64,000 nucleotides of DNA from Psilocybe cubensis (lineage: Eukaryota): contig CM039010.1 of the NCBI GenBank assembly GCA_017499595.2, positions 558,001 through 622,000 of the forward strand, in the 5' to 3' direction. The first letter of the stretch is position 1. Every line of letters begins with the position of its first letter. The notes beneath the pieces are model-generated. The model was given only the letters and a program-made list of their open reading frames with translations. It did not search any database and was not told the origin of the DNA. A program made the position numbers and the translations under genes. Below, one piece after another: positions 54,863 to 64,000 of this stretch.

Positions 54863-56304
54863 TCAGAGGCGAAATATGACCCTTGGCCTCAACCCAATTA
54901 CGCCACCCCCCTTCCCATCCCATCTAGGAATAAGCGCACGACATACAGGACATCTATGATCCAAAGACACGTAGCATTCAATATTCGATAAATTCAAAAC
55001 AAAACACTAACCTTGCCTCAGGCACTCCAGGGTATGTTGTTGTGGCCCGTGCCATCGTTGTCTTCACTGCAGCAAACAGGCATGAGCCGCAGCATATGTG
55101 CCCACACGGCGTCAGTGTCGCATTTACAGGTGGCGAGAAACAGATTGGACATGTGTACGATGAAAGTGGGTCCACGACTTCGTTTTTTCCTTTGGCTGCC
55201 GTTGTATTCGATGACGGTGCTTCCACTTTTTTTTCTTTGACTAAGGGGGGAGAGTCGGATATGTCGATGATGGAGGAAGGATCGGGGGTTTGTGTTCTGG
55301 CTTTCGCCTTTCCTTTGCCCTTTCTGTCGATTTTGTCTGGAGGATTTCCTTGCGATGAAGGACCTAGAGATCAAAGATAATCTAAGCCGCCAAAGGAAAT
55401 TGCAAGCCAAAATCCATGCGAGCATACCTGATGAAAGAAAGGAACCAAATTGAGAACTGTTATCCGCATCTGTTCCCAGTAAAAACCCGGCAACCTCTTC
55501 AGTTTCTCTTTTCCAAATATGTTCTGAAGATGGAGATGACCCCATTGGACGTGGTTGTGAACTTCCTGCACCTGCGCCTCGTGTCGTAAATGCAGCCATC
55601 GACATTCCAGACCCAGAACTACCACCATAACCTGAACCTGAACCACTTGTCTGTTCAAACCCTAGTCGCAGGGGATGTAATGGCTCGGATGTCTGCCAGC
55701 TAGAAGATTGAGGTTCTTCTGCGTCCATGAACGGGTGGAAGGTATCGTCATCGTCTCGTTTCCTCTTTCTGGTCATGCTACTCCCAGCAATTCCACTTTC
55801 TTCATACTGCATAAACTCAGTAAATGGTAGTCTTTGATCTAACGATGAAGTAGTGTTCGCAGAGTATGAACTGTCTCGAAAAACAGGGAGTTGACTTCGT
55901 TCGATGGGGTCGTAATATCTGGACCTATACGAGCTGCCACTACCACTGCCTTGAGATGGACCAGAACGATAGTTTGCCATTTCAACATCTATCGGCGAGT
56001 AATATGCATATGGATACTCTGAATATCCAGATGCTGCAGATTTCCTGTAAGAAATATTTCTTTCCTATTCTCAGACAAAAATATTACCTTGCGCAGAAGT
56101 GAAAGCTGGTGCTGGTGCTGATGCAGGTTCCAATTGTGTCTGTGTTTCTCCTTGTATCGATCTAGCGGACCTCATGGAACTTCTGGACCCAGGCCTCGAG
56201 ATCGATGCATCACTAGGTGCTCTCGATGTTGTTCTTGACCTCGGCAAGCGATTACGAGTAGTGATAGGAGCAGGTAGGTCGTCGGGAATGCTTGGTTGTT
56301 CCAT
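54863..56304 (-). CDS. C3HC4 RING-finger E3 ligase with a disordered N-terminus and a SIM-like motif (STUbL-like)
   Basis: CPICFSPPVNATLTPCGHICCGSC...RCPVC followed by WDGKGGGVIGL*. SIM-like SIIDISDS. Exon 1 joins in frame only through a GC-AG intron at 56045-56092, so the start is less certain. Confidence 0.85.
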
Positions 56305-56576
56305 TGATAATAACTATGCGCTTATGATCACTCTTTCGGTAGATGGAGTAATTGGGTGTCTCAGATTTGAGTCTGAAAACTGTAAAGGAGATGTAAAGAC
56401 AGCCTTTTGCAATTTAAAGGAAGAAACGATGAACTCGAAAGGAAAACGGTGGGAGGGGAAGAGATAATATCGTACCACGTGACTGGAACGACCAGCAACT
56501 GCGTCGCTGCGCGACGGTACCGATTCATAAAATGTAAGTTGGACTGCAACCTTCTCTTCCAAACCACATCTATTTA

Positions 56577-58093
56577 ATGTCCTATGAACCGCCTACGCTT
56601 CAATCCTCATTGGCAGAGGTCTGGCATCTCAAGGATATTAGGTTCAATGGGAACAACTATAGGATAATCACACAAAACTTTAATGGGTGTGTAATTTTAG
56701 TTGGCGAAGCTTAAGGGCCCCCTGAACGTAATTGTTTCCAGCCCGTGTTCCTTCATTGCCATTTGTGAGTTCTCCAGGTAGTTATACTTGATAATAAATA
56801 CTAAAATGAGCAGGTAATATCCTTATCTTGCGCGGAGACATTGAGGTCCTACCACGGACACGACAGAACGTGTCCTACGAGTTTCTCTCGCAGCTCGTTG
56901 CTGAATACCTCCTTACATCGTCTCCAGATGTAGACATATCCGCTGCTCTATCTATTATGCCATACACGCAAAGTATGTTGTTACCATAATTTGACAAATA
57001 ATACAAAATGACACTAGATTTGTAGGAGGAATGGATTTGAATCCTGTCTTCACAGCCGCAGATTCCTTCCATCCATCGGGCTCAGCAGGCGGCGAGCTGA
57101 AGCTATTTGAGCAGGTCAACATCCCCTTGCTGCACGGCTGGCTTGTCGACCCGGACAGCACCGAGGCACCGGTGCTCAAGCGGATCCAAGACTACGACAC
57201 GGCCGTCACACTCATCGCAGAAGCTGACCACCTGACAAACGGGCGATTCGTAGTGGACGATTCTACAGTGCTATCGACGAGTCCAGGCGACACCGCAAGT
57301 CCGCATCGAGAGTGGACTGCAGAGGAGCTGCAGAAAGTCCAAGACGGTAAGCCGCTTGGTTCTCCTCGGCTTGGCTTTTCTGAACCGTTTGTCTAGCCAC
57401 CGTCGTCCGCCGCTTCCTCGACTCGACGCAGTCTCAGCTGACCTACCACGGGTTGTTTTACCTTGCGAAGTTCCTACCTCCCAACCAGCCATGTGCGCTC
57501 TTCCGCAATTCGCATCTATCTGTGCTCTACAAACACTCCCCCTTGGCCGCAAATAGCAGCAACTTGCCGCCCATCGCCGGGTCCTCATCATCGGCCTCGT
57601 ACCTGAACCACGCACACCACGATGAGGATGCTGCATTATATACTCTTGTCACAGACCAGGTTTTCTTGAATGAGCCATCTGTCGTCTGGGAACGATTAGA
57701 AGACGTTGATGGCGGGTGGTCGACATTTGTCGACTCCGACTTTGTCAAGTCCAGTCCCGCTGGCGGAGACTTTGCAGGGCAGACTGCGGAAGAGGCTCTG
57801 CGCGCATTCGAGGCGATGCAGAATCAGGACAACGGTATTATTGATCCCGTGGAGTGAGTGCATTTTTGTCTCTGGAGGAAATTGATGCTTATTGTGAGTC
57901 GTATAGTCTGGCATTGGCGAGGCAGCTTCAGGCAGAGGAACAAGAGGTGGCTCAAAGGGAACGCACATTGCGAATGTGGCAGAAGCAGCAGCGTGACCTG
58001 CAGCGGCAGCAGCAAGCAGAGCAGCAGGCAGCCGCAGAAAGAGAGAGGCAAGAAAAGAAGGAGAAAAAAAAGAAAGACTGTATAATCATGTAA
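56577..58093 (+). CDS. MINDY-1/2 family (DUF544) deubiquitinase with a MIU-like motif and C-terminal CaaX
   Basis: Catalytic QNFNGPCSFIAICN, GMDLNP, LLHGWLVDP, FRNSHLSVLYK (catalytic His), LYTLVTDQVF..VVWE, LALARQLQAEE. Ends KKKDCIIM*. Confidence 0.93.
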
Positions 58094-58515
58094 TGAACTA
58101 ACGGACATTTTGCGATATAAGGGTGGTTGTATCAATGTATGTATGTGTCGAAATCAGGAAAGGGAGACGTAGGATAGACAGAATATACCATATACCTGCT
58201 CAAAACATTCTTTACCCTGATAATGCCAGACTATCATGCTGTATTCAACATACTCACGCGCACCTCGATATAAAGGTTAGGGAATATCGCTTATAAAAAA
58301 CCATTGCGATATAGTAAGCGATGTTCAACGGGACACTTCCCGACTTGAATGTGGGATCCAATAGGAACAATAGGTCGAAAGAATGCTAGTTGATACTCTT
58401 GATATAGAAAATATCACAAACATGTGGAATGCTGTAAATTTTCACTGCGGTCATGAATCAAGGAGAAAACGTTGCAATCGATAAACACAAAAATTAAATT
58501 TTTCGAAGTCCAACC

Positions 58516-60392
58516 TCAGGGCATGGCCAACTTTTCGCGCCGCTGATCAATCTCACGGGCGTCTCTGCACAATTTCATACAGTCAAACACCTGCACCCAG
58601 AAACTCGCGTGCAGCTTTCCGATCTGCCTCTTGTCCTCCTCAAGATCAATATAGGGAAACATAGCATATAAATATCTTGCGACATAATGGGCCACATTTA
58701 AAGTGCTGGTGGTCATCGAGTTCAACTGCATCTGCGAAGATCCAGCACTACCCAGCATAAGAGTTTTCAGCCCGTGCCTCATCACAGGGGAGCCAGATTC
58801 CAATGTATCTGCAGTTACTGACCATGACGGCAGCGGCGCAGTTGGGAGGATAATGACACCCTGAAAAACACGCAAATCAGGACACGCCCGCGCAATGCGC
58901 TGGAGCGACCCCAGACTGATACCATGCGCGGTCTTGCCGTTGATCGTCGTCTCCGGGACATGGAATCGCAGGGTTTGAAGCTTTGGCCAGACTGAAATCG
59001 ATAGCTGGTCGCCCATCGAAGAAAGAGCTTTGTCGAGATCGGCGATGCTGGTGCCCAAAATTTCCAGGTTGGCGAGTTGATGCAGGCGAGCGAGCGAATC
59101 GATAGTTTCGCTGGGAAACGAGGTAAGATTGGAATTTTGGTTGACCTTAAATGTGAAATCTGTCATGTATTCTTGTCGGGTTGGGCTGCCTGCAATACGA
59201 TCAATCAAGTCCTTCACCGGAGACGGTACGGGGACTCCAGCCGTTGACCCTTTTCCTCCTTTCGTTGCAACAGGGTCATATTTAACCACTTCTAAGTGAA
59301 TCTTGCGTAACGCTGGCGCGTCAAGGAGATCGCTAATTATGCCTTCGAGAGTAGAAAAATTCCCTACGAATGAGAAACTCTGGATATGCAGATATTTAGG
59401 CGTTGCAGGAAACGCCGTTACCAGAGGATGTATTTGGGTGACACCCTTGGTGTCGATCCTGAAGGTCTCCAGGTGTGGGAGCAATCCTACGATGCCTAGA
59501 GAAGTATAATCCAACGTCCCCGTCAGATTAGTCAGCTCGAGCGATGTCAGATGGAGGCACCGGCTAATGGCGACAAAGATCTCGGGCGACATGCTGATCG
59601 AATCCAGTATTAAACTGTGCATCTGAGCGTGCGTTCCCAGTTTCTTGAGGAAGGACGCTACGGTCATCTTGGAGGAGTTGGCAATACCCTTAACACTAAG
59701 TGCTCTCAAGGACGGAGTGAAAAAGAGATCGAGGTGTGGAATGGGCGACGTGGTAGTATTGACGATATGCAACTTCTGCAACGCCGGGAAGAGAGGTGTT
59801 TTTGCGCCTTGCAGTTGTCCTAGGCGGAAGAAGAGGGAGGCTGAAACCTTTGGATGAGCGGTGTCCGAAATCGTCATCTCAACGACGCCGCGAGCGTGCT
59901 CTTGGAGGCTCCTCCATTCCGACTTCTCTACTTCATTAACTATGTGCTATTATCCGAATGGCCACTGTTAGCTTTTACTTCTTGGGCAGAGGGCAAAATG
60001 AGCGCTAGCGACACACGTATTCGTTTTCTTCAATGTTCAAGGAACTCTGAATTTTGTTCAAGATGGGGACCAATGAATCAAGCACCACATGGGCATCCGC
60101 TGAACAAAAGAAATAGACGTCGTGTTTAGAGAAATAGGCAAAAATCAAAAGACAAGTGCGTACATTCAGAGTCATAACCTAATGTCGAGGAATATTGAGG
60201 AGATGAAGGCATGTCGCCAACAAGCTCAAGTTCTGGACTAGGGTCTCCCTCAGCCTGGTTCGACGGTATAGGGATATTGACGTGCTCAGACGGGGGAACG
60301 GATTCAAGAACCCAATCGTCGGTAGTAGTAACATGCATCGCTTCAGTTGTTGTTGAGGGGAAAGCCAGAAGAGGGTATGCGCTGGGTGTCAT
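58516..60392 (-). CDS. LRR/RNI-like basidiomycete protein, copy 4 (3 exons; start could instead be the ATG at 60338)
   Basis: Exon 2 reads VVLDSLVPILN..EY; exon 3 reads HIVNEV...PLFPALQKL..LFFTPSLR...VARYLYAMFP..FW. Intron phases (1 then 0) match copies 1-3. Confidence 0.82.
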
Positions 60393-60717
60393 GGGTTTAT
60401 ATACCATTAGCATCAAAATAGCTGTGAATGACATTTGGCAAGTGTCATCTGTAAATTATTTATGAGATCTGGTGTCAGCACATTTGAGCAAATTCTCACC
60501 TATCAAAACAATACTGAAGCATAAAAGAAGCTGGTTAGTATTCAAAACCCTCGTTATCCACGAAGTCGTAGTTGATATTCCAATGTATCGACACGGAGCC
60601 CAACTGTTGAAGCATGACAGAAATAACAACGATAGTATATCATCGCCACCAAATCACTGTATATGACGTGCAAAATTGGAGGGCAACGAAAGAGAATGTC
60701 ATTATAAAGTATGGGTA

Positions 60718-62287
60718 TTACTTGCTTTTCTTTACAGGTTTGCCCTTTCCCTTCCCGAACGACTTACCCTCGAAACCGGGTCTCGCTTTTTTGGAAGAGC
60801 CGCCTTTCTGCTTTTCTTTCTTCCGCTCGTTGCGCATCGCGATGTTGTCATTGCGTTTTTTCTGTTTGGCAGCCATAGCATTGGCGACCTGTTCTTTCTT
60901 CTCTTCCCTGTAAAATGAAAGCCAAGTGTCAACAACCGTCACAGAAACCTTTTGCGAGATAAAGCGAAAATGAAAACATGACGAACCAAGTTTTCTTGGA
61001 TTTGAGTTTTTCTTTCTCCTTCCTCTTCGCAGCCTTCTTCAATCTGGCTTCATCGTCATGCACCTTGACTCCTTCTAGTCTCGCCTCAGCTTTCGCCCAT
61101 TTCTCCTTCTCTTCGATGGTCTTGCGCTTCTCTTCCGGCATAGCTGCGATCTTCTCTTTACGGGCGGCTAGCTGCTGCAGTGCTTGTTGAGGATCGGCCG
61201 TTGTCTTGAACTGCTGTCCTTTCTTTGACGAGCCAGTAAGAGACGAGTAAGCAACAGTTGTCATAGATGCCTGAGGTCCCTCAAGATTTCGATTTTGAGG
61301 AATATCTGGCACGAGAAGTTGAGTCTGGAAAGAATATTACTTGTTAGTATCGTGTCCGAAGCTGAAAATTTCCTATCATTTGATTTCGATTCCGTACCTT
61401 CGTAATATTCCCTTTATCCCTTGTGTCAGTCTTATCCTTGTCCTTCTTTTTCCCCTTATTTTTCAGCTCCTCTTCTCTTCGTATCTTCTCTTTCGTTTCT
61501 TTCCTCCTCTTCTCACGCATGGCAGAGCGCTGCCTCCTTCTTTCATCCAGCAACGTTTCCTTGTCGCTTGGCTCCCCCCATAGAGGCGCGCGAGCTTTAG
61601 CGCCTCCCCCGCGACGAAGTAAAGCCATTTTAGCATGCAGTTTTTCGCGGAGAACTTCAATGCTCTCTGCTGGTGGCATTGACTTGATTTCAACGTCTTC
61701 TTCGCCCTCGCCATCTGGAGCGTCGGATTCAGAGCCACTACCATTGTTGTCGCCCGAAAGATCGTCCATTTCTACGTCGACGTTCATAGACATATCCCCA
61801 TCACCATCCTCGTCAGAGTCAGAATCGGCGTTCGAGGCTTTCCGCTTGCCCTTGGCTGCCTCACGTTGTTTGAGGTAGTTTTCATTCTGCAAGTCGACTA
61901 TTGACTTGTGGTTTGCTGGGTCAAGCTAACAAGACTCAGTCATATGTAATTATTTACCACATAAAAAGAAAGCGCACCTTCTCTCGTTTAGCTTTCTTAG
62001 AAGCCTCTTTTATGGCTTGTTTTGGTGCCTTTTGCTTTTTGCTGTGTTTCTGGTATTTTGAGGCTGCCTGTAACAAAAGGAAATCGGATCAGACACAATT
62101 CAATGGTAGGATCACACTTTTAGAAAATGCAGTTTAAACGAAGAAAGAAAGGTACAATGAGGCTCACCAGTTCTTCCGTTTCATCGTTTACGATGTAATA
62201 CTGCGCCGGAATGAGTTTAAGAAGGGATTCAAACGTCGCATTGTGTTTTTCTAATGACTCTCGAAGGGTCGCAGAAGGTGTGGGCAT
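60718..62287 (-). CDS. RRP14: Ribosomal RNA-processing protein 14 / Surfeit-6 family nucleolar protein
   Basis: N-terminal HNATFESLLKLIPAQYY...KREKLDP and C-terminal SURF6-type GVKVHDDEARLKKAAKRKEKEK..KARPGFEG. Confidence 0.92.
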
Positions 62288-62507
62288 TTTGAAGGGAAGT
62301 CCGATATCCCAACTATGAGAGGAAAAGGGAAACGATGGTGAAGTAGAAGAAAGAAGGTGAAGTGAAAGCGTTTTCCACCAAAGAAAATTCTAGGGTTAGG
62401 GTCAGTTTTACATTCTAGCAAATCACGTTGGTCATACAACCCCATAATACTCCTTGAACTTGAACGTCAACTATAATCTGCTCATTGTCTAACATCTAAA
62501 ACCAATC

Positions 62508-64000
62508 ATGTCCTTTAAGAATCCTCGTAAAGCCATTCTCACCAAGCCTCAATTGGAATACTTTCAGTCATCCAAAACGCACCAGGATATTGTCTCGTAC
62601 ATCGAGACACTGAATGAAGCCGTAGTCGGAACTAGGCTAACTGATGAATGCCCGATGTCGAACGTGAGCACCACCGAATACTTTTGAAAATAAAGGTCTA
62701 TATCAATGAGCAGGGCGCTTCAGCAGTTCTAGGCTTGTTTGATCAAGTGGAAAAGTTGGCGAAGGAAACACCTCCAGTGGATAATAAGGCATCGAGGTTT
62801 GGGAATCCTGCTTTTAGGACATTTTACGATAAGATCGCTGAGGTACGCACGTTTGATATACTTAAGCTTGAAAATAACCATACCTGACGATGCGGTCGGC
62901 GGTAGAACTCAGAATCATTTCACACATCACTCCCCAATTTGCCACAAGAAAGCATTCCAGAAATATCAGTGTATTTCAACGAGGCATGGGGGAATCGAAC
63001 ACGTATCGATTATGGAAGTGGCATGGAACTGAACTTTTTGTGTTGGATGTGAATATATTTCGCAGTTAGGAGCTTCGTAGACATACTGATTTCTTTTCAC
63101 CGATAGCATATGTTTGGACCGCCTCGGGGTATTACAGGAAAGTGACCATAAAGCAATTGTGCTAAAGATTTTCTGGAGGTACGTCTGTCAATTTATTTCT
63201 TGGTAAATACTGCGATTAACGACCTGCAGGTATATCCAAGTAATGCGCGTACTGCAGTCAACGTACTGGCTAGAACCAGCCGGCTCACATGGTGTATGGG
63301 GTCTGGACGACTATCATTTTCTGCCGTTCCTGTTTGGGTCAGCTCAACTAAGAGGTACGCAGGCATTTTCTTTTTTTGAGTGAAACCGTTGTTTACCACT
63401 AGATTATTGCAGGGCACAAGTATATCAGGCCGAAAGCAATTCACGACGCCGAGATCGTGGAGGAGTACTCTCAATATTATATGTATTTTGCTTGTATTGC
63501 GTTTATCAATTCAGTGCGTCCTATCTCTCTTCAATTCTACATTTGTGTTTAAATAAATAACCTTTTATTACAGATCAAGACTGCCTCTCTACGGTGGCAC
63601 TCGCCCATGCTCGACGATATCTCGGCGGTAAATATCTCTGCCTTGTCGTTTATCTACGTCTTTCTGATTAAGAATTCCGCAGGTGAAAACATGGGACAAA
63701 GTTAACTCTGGCATGATCAAAATGTACCTTGCGGAAGTGTTAGGCAAACTTCCCGTAATGCAACACTTCCTCTTCGGGTCCATACTCACCTACGATGGTC
63801 CTGAGACACCCCATTCACCCTCATTGTCTCCGGAAGATGATGCTCATCGCGGCCACGCTCATGCCCATGCACCAGGGGATCTTGGAGGAGCTGGTCAAAG
63901 GGAGGTCGGGTGGGGTGACTGTTGCGGCATTCCTGTCCCGTCCGTGTTTGCTTCTGTTCAGGCCGAAAAGGAGAAAGAGCAGGGTGGTTTCAAGTTGTCG
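62508..64000 (+). CDS. RRD2: PP2A activator (PTPA family), Rrd2-type; runs off the window end
   Basis: [81 protein letters not shown]. Confidence 0.93.

Noticed and set aside
57980..58080. CAG-rich and AAG-rich repeats
   Set aside because: These encode the Gln/Lys-rich tail of the MINDY protein and are not an independent repeat element.

Overview
This is eukaryotic, intron-rich fungal DNA. Short (about 45-90 nt) GT-AG introns, many micro-exons and the gene families present point to an agaricomycete (mushroom-forming basidiomycete); the species cannot be determined. I built gene models by hand from splice sites and protein motifs, so CDS coordinates are whole-gene spans including introns. In order: an M36 fungalysin (cut by the window start), an HSL-family esterase, an intronless protein ending in an HPD/J-like module, a 347-bp fold-back MITE-like element, four tandem FAD-dependent monooxygenases (the third frameshifted), a DUF2461 gene, acetyl-CoA synthetase, a Zrg17-like zinc transporter, three tandem LRR-like genes (one frameshifted), an 18-exon P450, the complex I 75-kDa subunit, a PDR ABC transporter, a RING E3 head-to-head with a MINDY deubiquitinase, a fourth LRR-like gene, RRP14/SURF6 and RRD2/PTPA (cut by the window end). 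I saw no rRNA, tRNA, CRISPR array, transposase or secondary-metabolite core gene. The best candidates for something undescribed are the divergent monooxygenase array, the four-member LRR-like family that seems to lack an F-box, and the MITE. Their novelty is an inference that needs database searches.
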